Shown here piece by piece: positions 12,156-26,400 of a stretch of 64,000 nucleotides of DNA (the stretch's first letter is position 1; each line of letters opens with the position of its first letter). The stretch lies in NCBI GenBank assembly GCA_964016885.1, contig OZ024740.1, positions 216,194,001 through 216,258,000 of the forward strand, given 5' to 3'. Below the pieces are notes generated by a model, which worked only from the letters and a program-made list of their open reading frames with translations, made no database searches and was not told where the DNA came from. The DNA comes from Eledone cirrhosa. Taxonomy: Eukaryota. The translations under genes and the position numbers were made by a program.

Positions 12156-12972
12156 AAAGTAAATAAATAAATAAATAAGAAATCATCATTGTTGTTGTCA
12201 GCTATGATATTAGTTATAATTAGATGTAGTAGTAGCAGTAATAGTCCTGATAATGCAGTTGGTGGTGTTGAAATGGTGATTGTGAACATGATGATTGTGA
12301 AATGGAAGTTGGCCCAAAACAAGATTCCTTTGGCTCAGTTAAATGTTCATTTGAAGACCTGTTCAAAGTATCTGTGTATTGATTTCTCAGAAGACAATGT
12401 TTTCTCAAAAGTGATTTTGGCTCCATATCTGATACTGGACATAGTTTTATCAGGAGATATTTTACACCCAGACTAATGTATATCATGATAAATAAATAAA
12501 TATATAAAATATACAGTAGTCTGGTCTTAAGGTGATTGTTGTTGTTGTTTTGGTCAGTTCTTCTTGTAAATGAGATTACCTCGTAACCTAGGCATTGAAT
12601 TGGCAAAATCACTAGATCAGAGAATAAAGCAACTTACAATAATTGCTCACAGTGATCTGAGTTCAAATTCTGCAGAGGTCAGTTTTGCATTTCATCCTTT
12701 TGAAGTTGATAAAATGAAATACTACCCTAGGGCTGCAGATTGGCAGAATTATTGAAACATTGGTGGAGATGGTTTGTAGTTTATGGTCTGGCCCATTTTG
12801 AATTTAAATCTTACTGTAAACTACTTAGGTCAGGTTTAAATTTCACTAACAAAACACTGGATGCATTGAGACTACAGTAGAAGACATTTGCCCAAAGAGT
12901 TATGAAGTAGGACAACTTGAAACCATGTGATTGCAAAGTGAATATAAGGAGTAAAAACGAACATCAAAATAT

Positions 12973-13125
12973 CATGCTTTGCAGCACAGTTATGTCCCTT
13001 TACGGACTGAGTTCTAATCCCGCCGAGGATAACTTTGCCTTTCATCCTTACGGGGTCGATAAAATAAAGTACCAGTAATACACTGGAATAATTGCTGGCC
13101 TTGTGCCAAAAGTAGAAACAATTAT
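12973..13125 (+). mobile_element. tRNA-derived SINE, 5' truncated
   Basis: Near-identical to the young copies at 40878-41070 and 54300-54493. Confidence 0.85.
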
Positions 13126-13266
13126 ATTTACTCATATGTGACACAAATTTTGTGACTGATCAGCTCAAGGTACAATCAGCATCAATCGTGCCACAGTCTG
13201 AAATCAATAGATCATCAGACTCATAGTTTCTTTAATGACAGCAGACATCTACATATATATATGTCA

Positions 13267-13588
13267 TGTAGGTGTCACAACAAAAAATGCCCAACCCACA
13301 CTGTAAAGTGGTCGTATAGGTGTCCCAACAAAAGGTGCCCAGCCCACACTGTAAAGTGGTCGTATAGGTGTCCCAACAAAAGGTGCCCAGCCCACACTGT
13401 AAAGTGGGTGTGAAGGAGTCAGGACAAAAAGCACCCAGCACACACTGCAAATGTGATTGGCATTAAGAAGGGCCTTCAAAACCAAGACAAAATCGGTTCT
13501 GTGTGAGTGAAACACGGTTCTCTGACCTCATCTCTCACTAAAGGACATCTCATCCTACACATGCTAACATGGAAATGGATGTTAAACA
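13267..13588 (+). mobile_element. RTE-tailed element with four internal 48-bp repeats
   Basis: Unit GTATAGGTGTCCCAACAAAAGGTGCCCAGCCCACACTGTAAAGTGGTC, then a GAAGGGC motif and tail ATGCTAACATGGAAATGGATGTTAAAC. Confidence 0.7.
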
Positions 13589-13619
13589 ATATATATACTA
13601 AATATATTTAGGCTGATCC

Positions 13620-13721
13620 AGTAGTCTGTTACTCTGGAGTTTACCCCAGATATATGTTTGGTTCCTGTAAGAAGAACCAAACATATATCTGGGGTAAGAA
13701 ACTCCAGAGTAACAGGCTACT
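13620..13721. repeat. Near-perfect foldback with ~45-bp arms and 9-nt loop
   Basis: AGTAGTCTGTTACTCTGGAGTTTACCCCAGATATATGTTTGGTTC vs GAACCAAACATATATCTGGGGTAAGAAACTCCAGAGTAACAGGCTACT. Confidence 0.9.
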
Positions 13722-14051
13722 ATTCAACACATATTTGAACATGAATCTACAACGATTTAAGTTTGATATGTTAGCAACAACAAATCTACTTTCATAACAA
13801 AACCAAATATGGCATTCTATTTATTGAATAATGCAACATTTTGAAACATAAATGTCATACAGATACTTACAGTCAACTAAAATATGTCAGTGTGATTAAT
13901 TAAAAGTTTAATAATGAACTTAATTAGAATCATTTTCAACATAAGCTTCAATAATATATCTAACATAATTAACAAAGCAGTGCAAGGATAATTTGTACCT
14001 ATTATTTATAATTTTCAATTTTGTTCGTTAGTTTATTATATTCCCTACTTA

Positions 14052-14096
<45 letters not shown>

Positions 14097-14508
14097 ACAT
14101 ATATAATTGCCTGAATATGGGGTATTATCACTAAAGAAAGCGCCCTCAATATGTAAACAACAAATGCAGTAACATCAGCTTGCTTTGAGAAATTCCAATA
14201 CTAGGAAAGTAAACTCCAGTTTACCATGTATTTTAAATTAATATATATAAAGATGTCTGTGCAAAAAGTAAACAAGTCACAAAGAAAATTACAGAGTATA
14301 GTGGAGAAATATATTAGTTTAACACTTGTAGGTGAAGAGGGGGTTGGAGAGATGCAAGGAGGATTGGATGCAATAGGAAAAGAAGGATTTGAGATTGGGC
14401 ATGATTGAGGGCTGAGTGTGGGGAGAGGATGGAGTGGTGACAGGGGAAGACTAGTGGTGTGGCAGAGAAAAAGACGTGAGGTGGTGGAGAGAAGTGGTGA
14501 AAACACAG

Positions 14509-14641
14509 GGGTGGTGAGCGCTGACCTCAGATCGGTGTAGCTCACAGAGGAGATGATGAAGGACCGTGATGAGTGGAGAGATGATGTGCTGAAGAGAACC
14601 CATTGCAAGCAGAGAAAAGCAGATGTTAAATGATGATGATG

Positions 14642-14643
<2 letters not shown>
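14509..14643 (+). mobile_element. RTE LINE 3' fragment
   Basis: Homologous to 4190-4387; (GAT)n tail running into (TA)n. Confidence 0.8.
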
Positions 14644-14674
<31 letters not shown>

Positions 14675-15168
14675 CAAGTGGAAGCTTTGTAAAATCGAAG
14701 CTTTGACTGTGGCCAAGTAAAACGACCTACAATTAGGAATGAGCAACAAAGCACTCAATAAGGTCGGGCCTTAGAGTAATAACATACGTTTAGACAGCTT
14801 GACAAATTGAAAATTGTGGCAGGCAGACCTAGCCACACAATACCAAAAATAATGAAGAAACTAATCAGGTTAGACAACTGACCTGGACATATCGATATAT
14901 ATATATATATATGCTAAATCTGATCAGAAAAAAATTGTAATATTTATTACAATACCGAGTAGTAAGTACACTTTAGCCTTGTAAGATTCATGATAACCTC
15001 ACATTGTGCCACGACAAAATATATAAAGTACATGGTAAATTGGTTGGTGATTTGGCAGAGCCAACATAAGGAGATGCAGTGTGCCCAATACACTCTGTAA
15101 AGTGGATGTTAGCTATTGAACACAAACAGCATAGGATATAAAGAACCCTTTAGTCCTGCAAGAATATA

Positions 15169-15361
15169 CTGGATATACTCAAATAGAAGCTGAAACAAAT
15201 ATAAGCCGACCCCACTATTTTATGTCTGAGAAATAGGCAAAAGTCCAAACCTTATTTACGTAGAATTTGAAGTTGCTGAAAATCATCAAAATATAAGCTG
15301 AGCTCCTCTACCATCGATTTTTTGGTTACATATTCCTTGGGTTATATTTGAGTATATAGAA
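15169..15361. mobile_element. pogo/Tigger-like MITE, family A
   Basis: Homologous to 335-515 with degenerate TIRs. Confidence 0.7.
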
Positions 15362-15781
15362 TAACTACTTCTTCAGTGTTGGTTCCACCATAAAATGTAT
15401 CTAGTACATTCTGTAAATGGCTGATGTTAGGAAGGGTATCTAGCTATAGAAACCATGCCAAAAGTGAGATATGCTCCTCTGACTCATCAATGACAGTCTG
15501 TCCAACCATGCCAGCATAAAACACCTATAAGTCAGCCCTAAACATAGTCACAGCAAACAACCATCAAGAGCCCAGTTCTTAAATTTCCTGTTAAGGCATT
15601 GTCCAGATATTAGACAAATAGAGAGCAAGCATCAAAAGCACAGTTTTTTTCTTCACCTACGAAAGACATTGACACAAAGAGACAGAGAGAAACTATAAGA
15701 CCACAATTCTTTTAATCAACTACAATGCAGTCTCCAGACAGGTTGAGGAGCCATTAAAAGGAGAGGTCTTTTAGTCTTTTA

Positions 15782-15979
15782 TGAGGGTTGGCTGAGAAGT
15801 TCATAGACTGACCAAGATACTCTCATGGAATGACCAAATGAGGTTTATTTTTCAACATAGTCACTGGAAAGAAACAATCTAGTTATTAATAAGAAGAGTT
15901 GAAATTAAGGCAAGCAAGTTTACACAGCTCTAGCATCACTCCTTCATAGTCAGCCTATGAACTTTTCAGTTAACCCTCG
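15782..15979. mobile_element. mariner-like MITE
   Basis: TA-TGAGGGTTGGCTGAGAAGTTCATAGACTGAC ... GTCAGCCTATGAACTTTTCAGTTAACCCTCG-TA. Confidence 0.85.
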
Positions 15980-16119
15980 TATAAGCTCGTCTTCAGATGA
16001 TTAACTTTAATTAGAGCCTACAAATCAACAATCAGGATTTGTCTCTCAAAAAACTTGAGAAAAATGCCTTCCAATTTATACTTTAACAAAAGGTTGGCCA
16101 CCATATGTCATTATTATCA

Positions 16120-16385
16120 TTGTTTAACGTCCCTTTTTCCACACAAACTTCAGTTAGACAAGTTGTCCCGTAGTGAGACAAGGCAGATCAGGTAGCCGAG
16201 TCATGCTCATACAGAACTGTTTCTGGCTTGGTTTCTATGCCTGGATACCTTTCCTAACATCAACCACATTTATAGCATGGACTGGGTACTTTTTATCATG
16301 ACACCAAAACAACCAACTTGTCCTGTTGTGAGACAAACAAGGTCAGATGACCATATCTTGCCCATACAGAACTGATTTTGGCTAT
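16120..16385 (-). mobile_element. RTE-tailed SINE/non-autonomous element with partial duplication
   Basis: Homologous to 60580-60790 (TTTAACGTCC..GAGACAA..CATACAGAACTG..GGATACCTTTCCTAACATCAACC). Confidence 0.65.
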
Positions 16386-16664
16386 GTGTGTGTGTGCGTG
16401 TGTTTGTATCACGTTTATTATAGACATGTATATGTGTCTCTGTGTTTGTGTATTGATTGTGTCATGTTTATTATAGATAAAGTTGGTGTAAGATAAATGG
16501 CTATATCAGATCACCTGCAGCTTTATATACTGTTTTTACTTCCAAATATTATATTGTATAGCTGCAAATAGTATATGCATTAATGCATTGCATCATGTGG
16601 TATGTGTATGTATATATATATATATACATACACATACACATCAAGGAAACAACACATCACCCGG

Positions 16665-16951
16665 TCTGTGAGTTCAATTCTCAGACCGGGTGATGTGTTG
16701 TTTCCTTGAGCAAGACACTTTATTTCACATTGCTCCAGTTTACTCAGCTGTAGAAATGAGATGATAGGAATCCATATCATTCCACTGCAAAGTGGTCGTG
16801 GAGGTGCCACGGAAAAAAAGCACCCGGCATTCACTGTAAATGAGGTTGGTGTTAGGAAGGGCATCCAGCTGTAGAAATCAAGCCAGCATCAGTTTCCATC
16901 CCACCCTTGCAAGCAGGGAAAAGTGGATGTAAAATGAAATGATGATGATGA
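16665..16951 (+). mobile_element. CORE-type SINE with RTE-like 3' part
   Basis: B-box GAGTTCAATTC, CORE-like TCCTTGAGCAAGACACTTTA, then GGTTGGTGTTAGGAAGGGCATCCAGC and a (GAT)n tail. Confidence 0.75.
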
Positions 16952-16969
16952 TATATATGTGTGTGTGTA

Positions 16970-17048
<79 letters not shown>

Positions 17049-17293
17049 GAGTGCGTGTCTGTATATATATATATATATATATACATACATCTGTTTTCAT
17101 GACAACAAATAGCAACTTTAATTAACTTTATTATAACTGTTTTAATTAATAATATTTTGGGGTTTACATCAGGTTTAATAACAACAATCAGTATATGAAA
17201 ATTTCAAAAGTTCATTATGTAAATGGATGAATATGTGTGTATGTGTGTGTGTACAGTATAATACACATATTAAGTAACAAACACACACACACC

Positions 17294-17326
<33 letters not shown>

Positions 17327-17461
17327 TGTATGTATGTATGTATAGCCTATATAATCGAGGTGCACTGCCAGGCCAGGATGACATTCAATTTAGCAGACAT
17401 TACTGTTGGTAGTAACTGTGGGATTACATCTTTGAGCAAACCCATTGCAATTGTTATATAG

Positions 17462-20400
17462 TTGACCACATCACTACTGTACTGTTGGTCACTATGGCCA
17501 CATCACTACTGTACTGTTGGTCACTATGAACATCTCTCTACTGTACTGTTGGTCACTATGAACATCTCTACTGTACAGTTGGTCACTATGACCACCTCTA
17601 CTGTACTGTTGGTCACTATCACCCTCTCTCTACTGTACTGTTGGTCACTATGGCCACATCACTACTGTACTGTTGGTCACTATGAACATCTCTCTACTGT
17701 ACTGTTGGTCACTATGAACATCTCTCTACTGTACTGTTGGTCACTATGACCACCTATACTGTACTGTTGGTCACTATTTCCACATCACTACTGTACTGTT
17801 GGTGACTATGACCATCTCTACTGTACAGTTGGTCATTATGACCACCTCTACTGTACTGTTGGTCACTATGAACATCTCTCTACTGTACTGTTGGTCACTA
17901 TGAACATCTCTCTACTGTACTGTTGGTCACTATGACCACCTCTACTGTACTGTTGGTCACTATGACCATCTCTACTGTACTGTTGGTCACTATGACCACC
18001 TATACTATACTGTTGGTCACTATGACCACCTATACTGTACTGTTGGTCACAATGACCACCTCTACTGTACTGTTGGTCACTATGACCACCTCTACTGTAC
18101 TGTTGGTCACTATGACCACCTCTACTGTACTGTTGGTCACTATGACCACCTCTACTGTACTGTTGGTCACTATGACCACCTCTACTGTACTGTTGGTCAC
18201 TATGACCACCTCTACTGTACTGTTGGTCACTATCACCCTCTCTCTACTGTACTGTTGGTCACTATGGCCACATCACTACTGTACTGTTGGTCACTATGAA
18301 CATCTCTCTACTGTACTGTTGGTCACTATGAACATCTCTCTACTGTACTGTTGGTCACTATGACCACCTATACTGTACTGTTGGTCACTATTTCCACATC
18401 ACTACTGTACTGTTGGTGACTATGACCATCTCTACTGTACAGTTGGTCATTATGACCACCTCTACTGTACTGTTGGTCACTATGAACATCTCTCTACTGT
18501 ACTGTTGGTCACTATGAACATCTCTCTACTGTACTGTTGGTCACTATGACCACCTCTACTGTACTGTTGGTCACTATGACCATCTCTACTGTACAGTTGG
18601 TCACTATGACCACCTCTACTATACTGTTGGTCACTATGACCACCTATACTGTACTGTTGGTCACTATGACCACCTCTACTGTAATGTTGGTCACTATGAC
18701 CATCTCTACTGTACAGTTGGTCACTATGACCACCTCTACTATACTGTTGGTCACTATGACCACCTATACTGTACTGTTGGTCACAATGACCACCTCTACT
18801 GTACTGTTGGTCACTATGACCACCTCTACTGTACTGTTGGTCACTATGACCACCTCTACTGTACTGTTGGTCACTATGACCACCTCTACTGTACTGTTGG
18901 TCACTATGACCACCTCTACTGTACTGTTGGTCACTATGACCACCTCTACTGTACTGTTGGTCACTATGACCACCTCTACTGTACTGTTGGTCACTATGAC
19001 CACCTCTACTGTACTGTTGGTCACTATGACCACCTCTACTGTACTGTTGGTCACTATGACCACCTCTACTGTACTGTTGGTCACTATGACCACCTCTACT
19101 ATACTGTTGGTCACCATGACCACCTCTACTGTACTGTTGGTCACAATGACCACCTCTACTGTACTGTTGGTCACTATGACCACCTCTACTGTAATGTTGG
19201 TCACTATCACCACCTATACTGTACTGTTGGTCACTATGACCACCTCTACGATACTGTTGGTCACTATGACCACCTATACTGTACTGTTGGTCACAATGAC
19301 CACCTCTACTGTACTGTTGGTCACTATGACCACCTCTACTGTACTGTTGGTCACTATGACCACCTCTACTGTACTGTTGGTCACTATGACCACCTCTACT
19401 ATACTGTTGGTCACCATGACCACCTCTACTGTACTGTTGGTCACAATGACCACCTCTACTGTACTGTTGGTCACTATGACCACCTCTACTGTAATGTTGG
19501 TCACTATGACCACCTATACTGTACTGTTGGTCACTATGACCACCTCTACTATACTGTTGGTCACTATGACCACCTCTACTGTACTGTTGGTCACTATGAC
19601 CACCTCTACTGTACTGTTGGTCACTATGACCACCTCTACTGTACTGTTGGTCACTATGACCACCTCTACTGTAATGTTGGTCACTATAACCACCTCTACT
19701 GTACTGTTGGTCACTATGACCACCTCTACTGTAATGTTGGTCACTATAACCACCTCTACTGTACTGTTGGTCACTATGGCCACATCACTACTGTACTGTT
19801 GGTCACTATGAACATCTCTCTACTGTACTGTTGGTCACTATGAACATCTCTCTACTGTACTGTTGGTCACTATGACCACCTATACTGTACTGTTGGTCAC
19901 TATTTCCACATCACTACTGTACTGTTGGTGACTATGACCATCTCTACTGTACAGTTGGTCATTATGACCACCTCTACTGTACTGTTGGTCACTATGAACA
20001 TCTCTCTACTGTACTGTTGGTCACTATGAACATCTCTCTACTGTACTGTTGGTCACTATGACCACCTCTACTGTACTGTTGGTCACTATGACCATCTCTA
20101 CTGTACAGTTGGTCACTATGACCACCTCTACTATACTGTTGGTCACTATGACCACCTATACTGTACTGTTGGTCACTATGACCACCTCTACTGTAATGTT
20201 GGTCACTATGACCATCTCTACTGTACTGTTGGTCACTATGACCACCTATACTATACTGTTGGTCACTATGACCACCTATACTGTACTGTTGGTCACAATG
20301 ACCACCTCTACTGTACTGTTGGTCACTATGACCACCTCTACTGTACTGTTGGTCACTATGACCACCTCTACTGTACTGTTGGTCACTATGACCACCTCTA

Positions 20401-23400
20401 CTGTACTGTTGGTCACTATGACCACCTCTACTGTACTGTTGGTCACTATGACCACCTCTACTGTACTGTTGGTCACTATGACCACCTCTACTATACTGTT
20501 GGTCACTATGACCACCTCTACTATACTGTTGGTCATCATGACCACCTCTACTGTACTGTTGGTCACAATGACCACCTCTACTGTACTGTTGGTCACTATG
20601 ACCACCTCTACTGTAATGTTGGTCACTATGACCACCTATACTGTACTGTTGGTCACTATGACCACCTCTACTATACTGTTGGTCACTATGACCACCTATA
20701 CTGTACTGTTGGTCACAATGACCACCTCTACTGTACTGTTGGTCACTATGACCACCTCTACTGTACTGTTGGTCACTATGACCACCTCTACTGTACTGTT
20801 GGTCACTATGACCACCTCTACTATACTGTTGGTCACCATGACCACCTCTACTGTACTGTTGGTCACAATGACCACCTCTACTGTACTGTTGGTCACTATG
20901 ACCACCTCTACTGTAATGTTGGTCACTATGACCACCTATACTGTACTGTTGGTCACTATGACCACCTCTACTATACTGTTGGTCACTATGACCACCTATA
21001 CTGTACTGTTGGTCACAATGACCACCTCTACTGTACTGTTGGTCACTATGACCACCTCTACTGTACTGTTGGTCACTATGACCACCTCTACTGTACTGTT
21101 GGTCACTATGACCACCTCTACTGTACTGTTGGTCACTATGACCACCTATACTATACTGTTGGTCACTATGACCACCTATACTATACTGTTGGTCACTATA
21201 ACCACCTCTACTATACTGTTGGCCACTATGACCACCTCTACTGTACTGTTGGTCACTATGACCACCTATACTGTACTGTTGGTCACTATGACCACCTATA
21301 CTATACTGTTGGTCACTATGACCACCTATACTGTACTGTTTGTCACTATGACCCTCTCTCTTCTGTACTGTTGGTCACTATGAAACTATGACCACCTCTA
21401 CTGTACTGTTGGTCACTAGGACCATCTCTCTATTGTACCGTTGGTCACTATGACCACCACTACTGAACCGCTGGTCACTATGACCACCTCTACTGTAATG
21501 TTGGTCACTATGACCACCTCTACTGTAATGTTGGTCACTATGACCACCTCTACTGTACTGTTGGTCACTATGACCACGTCTACTGTACTATTGGTCACTA
21601 TGACCATCCCTTTACTGTACCACTGGTCACTATGACCACCTCTACTGTAATGTTTGTCACTATGACCACCTCTACTACAGTGGTCACTATGACCACCTCT
21701 ACTGTACTGTTGGTCACTATGACTCTCTCTCTACTGTAACATTGGTCACTATGACCACATCTACTGTAATGTTGGTCACTATGACAACCTCTACTGTACT
21801 GTTGGTCACAATGACCCTCTCTCTACTGTAACATTGGTCACTATGACCACCTCTACTGTAATGTTTGTCACTATGACCACATCTACTGTAATGTTGGTGA
21901 CTATGACCACCTCTACTGTACTGTTGGTCACTATGACCCTCTCTCTACTGTAACATTGGTCACTATGACCACATCTACTGTAATGTTGGTCACTATGACA
22001 ACCTCTACTGTACTGTTGGTCACAATGACCATCTCTCTTCTGTACTGTTTGTCACTATGACCAACTCTCTACTGTACTTTTGGTCACTATGACCACCTCT
22101 ACTGTACTGTTGGTTACTATGACCCTCTCTCTTCTGTTGATCACTATGACCACATCTCTACCATAATGTTGGTCACTATGACCCTCCCACTACTGAACTG
22201 TTGTTCACTACGACCTCCTCTACTGTACCGTTAGTCACTGAGACCATCTCTACTGTAATGTTCTTCAATATGACCATCTCTCTACTGCACCGTTGTTCAC
22301 TATGACCAACTCTACGGTACTGTTGGTCACTTTGACCACCTCTACTATACTGTTGGTCACTATGACGACCTCTACTGTACTTTTGGTCACTATGACCACC
22401 TCTACTGTAGTGTTGGTCACTATGACCATCTCTCTACTACAGTGGTCACTATGACCACCTCTACTGTAATGTTTGTCACTATGACCACCTCTACTGTACT
22501 GTTGGTCACTATGACCCTCTCTCTACTATACTGTTGGTCACTATGACACTATGACGACCTCTACTGTACTGTTTGTCACTATGACCACCTCTACTGTACT
22601 GTTGGTCACTATGACCATCTCTCTACTACAGTGGTCACTATGACCACCTCTACTGTAATGTTTGTCACTATGACCACCTCTACTGCACCGTTGTTCACTA
22701 TGACCACCTATACTGTACTGTTGGTCACAATGACCACCTCTACTGTACTGTTGGTCACTATGACCACCTCTACTGTACTGTTGGTCACTATGACCACCTC
22801 TACTGTACTGTTGGTCACTATGACCACCTCTACTGTACTGTTGGTCACTATGACCACCTCTACTGTACTGTTGGTCACTATGACCACCTCTACTGTACTG
22901 TTGGTCACTATGACCACCTCTACTGTAATGTTGGTCACTATAACCACCTCTACTGTACTGTTGGTCACTATGACCACCTCTACTGTAATGTTGGTCACTA
23001 TAACCACCTCTACTGTACTGTTGGTCACTATGACCACCTCTACTGTAATGTTGGTCACTATAACCACCTCTACTGTACTGTTGGTCACTATGACCACCTC
23101 TACTGTACTGTTGGTCACTATGACCACCTATACTATACTGTTGGTCACTATGACCACCTATACTATACTGTTGGTCACTATAACCACCTCTACTATACTG
23201 TTGGCCACTATGACCACCTCTACTGTACTGTTGGTCACTATGACCACCTATACTGTACTGTTGGTCACTATGACCACCTATACTATACTGTTGGTCACTA
23301 TGACCACCTATACTGTACTGTTTGTCACTATGACCCTCTCTCTTCTGTACTGTTGGTCACTATGAAACTATGACCACCTCTACTGTACTGTTGGTCACTA

Positions 23401-26400
23401 TGACCACCTCTACTGTAATGTTTGTCACTATGACCACCTCTACTACAGTGGTCACTATGACCACCTCTACTGTACTGTTGGTCACTATGACCCTCTCTCT
23501 ACTGTAACATTGGTCACTATGACCACATCTACTGTAATGTTGGTCACTATGACAACCTCTACTGTACTGTTGGTCACAATGACCCTCTCTCTACTGTAAC
23601 ATTGGTCACTATGACCACCTCTACTGTAATGTTTGTCACTATGACCACCTCTACTGTAATGTTGGTGACTATGACCACCTCTACTGTACTGTTGGTCACT
23701 ATGACCCTCTCTCTACTGTAACATTGGTGACTATGACCACATCTATTGTAATGTTGGTCACTATGACAACCTCTACTGTACTGTTGGTCACAATGACCAT
23801 CTCTCTTCTGTACTGTTTGTCACTATGACCAACTCTCTACTGTACTTTTGGTCACTATGACCACCTCTACTGTACTGTTGGTTACTATGACCCTCTCTCT
23901 TCTGTTGATCACTATGACCACATCTCTACCATAATGTTGGTCACTATGACCCTCCCACTACTGAACTGTTGTTCACTACGACCTCCTCTACTGTACCGTT
24001 AGTCACTGAGACCATCTCTACTGTAATGTTCTTCAATATGACCATCTCTCTACTGCACCGTTGTTCACTATGACCACCTCTACGGTACTGTTGGTCACTT
24101 TGACCACCTCTACTATACTGTTGGTCACTATGACGACCTCTACTGTACTTTTGGTCACTATGACCACCTCTACTGTAGTGTTGGTCACTATGACCATCTC
24201 TCTACTACAGTGGTCACTATGACCACCTCTACTGTAATGTTTGTCACTATGACCACCTCTACTGTACTGTTGGTCACTATGACCCTCTCTCTACTATACT
24301 GTTGGTCACTATGACACTATGACGACCTCTACTGTACTGTTTCTCACTATGACCACCTCTACTGTACTGTTGGTCACTATGACCATCTCTCTACTACAGT
24401 GGTCACTATGACCACCTCTACTGTAATGTTTGTCACTATGACCACCTCTACTGTACTGTTGGTCACTATGACCCTCTCCCTACTTTACTGTTGGTCACTA
24501 TGACCACCTCAACTGTACTGTTGGTTACTATGACCCTCTCTCTACTGTAACGTTGGTCACTATGACCACATCTACTGTAATGTTGGTCACTATCACCACC
24601 TCTACTGTAATGTTGATCACTATGACCATCTCTACTGTACTATTGATCACTATGACCACCTCTACTGTACTGTTGGTCACAATGACCACCTCTACTGTAA
24701 TGTTGGTCACTATGACCATCTCTCTTCTGTACTGTTTGTCACTATGACCAACTCTTTACTGTACTTTTGGTCACTATGACCACCTCTACTGTACTGTTGG
24801 TTACTATGACCCTCTCTCTACTGTTGATCACTATGACCACATCTCTATTATACTGTTGGTCACTATGACCCTCCCTCTAATGAACTGTTGTTCACTACGA
24901 CCTCCTCTACTGTACCGTTGGTCACTGAGACCATCTCTACTGTAATGTTCTTCAATATGACCATCTCTCTACTGCACTGTTGTTCACTATGACTACCTCT
25001 ACTGTACTATTGGTTACTATGACCACCTCTACTGTACTGTTGGTCACTATGACCACCTCTACTGTACTGTTGGTCACTATGACCACCTCTACTGTACTAT
25101 TGGTTACTATGACCACCTCTACTGTACTATTGGTTACTATGACCACCTCTACTGTACTGTTGGTCACTATGACCACCTATATTGTACCATTGGTCACTAT
25201 GACCATCTCTCTACTGTACTGTTGGTCACTATGACCACATCTCTACTGTACTGTTGGTCACTATGACCACATCTCTACTGTACTGTTGGTCACTATGACC
25301 ACCTCTACTGTAATGTTGGTAACTATGACCACCTCTACTGTACTGTTGGTCACTATGACCCTCTCTCTACTGTACTGTTGGTCACTATGACGACCTCTAC
25401 TGTACTGTTGGTCACTATGACCACCTCTACTATACTGTTGGTCACCATGACCACCTCTACTGTACTGTTGGTCACTATGACTCTCTCCCTACTGTACTGT
25501 TGGTCACTATGACCACCTCTACTGTACTGTTGGTCACTATGACCCTCTCTCTTCTGTACTGTTGGTCACTATGAAACTATGACCACCTCTACTGTACTGT
25601 TGGTCACTATGACCACCTCTACTGTAATGTTGGTCACTATGACCACCTCTACTATACTGTTGGTCACCATGACCACCTCTACTGTACTGTTGGTCACTAT
25701 GACTCTCTCCCTACTGTACTGTTGGTCACTATGACCACCTCTACTGTACTGTTGGTCACTATGACCCTCTCTCTTCTGTACTGTTGGTCACTATGAAACT
25801 ATAACCACCTCTTCTGTACTGTTGGTCACTATGACCATCTCTACGGTACTGCTGGTCACTATGACCACCTCTACTGTACTGTTGGCCACTATGACCACCT
25901 CTACTGTACTGTTTGTCACTATGACTATCTCACTACTTTACCGCTGGTCCCTATGACCACCTCTACTGTAATGTTGGTCACTATGACCTTGTCTCTACTA
26001 CAGTGGTCACTATGACCCCCTCTACTGTAATCTTGCTCACTATGACCATCTCTCTACTCTAATGTTGGTCACTATGACCACCTCTACTGTACTGTTGGTC
26101 ACTATGACCACCTCTACTGTACTGTTGGTCACTATGACCACCTCTACTGTACTGTTGGTCACTATGACCACCTCTACTGTACTGTTGGTCACTATGACCA
26201 CCTCTACTGTACTGTTGGTCACTATGACCACCTCTACTGTACTGTTGGTCACTATGACCACCTATACTGTACTGTTGGTCACTATGACCACCTCTACTGT
26301 AATGTTGGTCACTATAACCACCTTTACTGTAACGTTGGTCACTATGACCACCTCTACTGTAACGTTGGTCACTATGACCACCTCTACTGTAATGTTGGTC

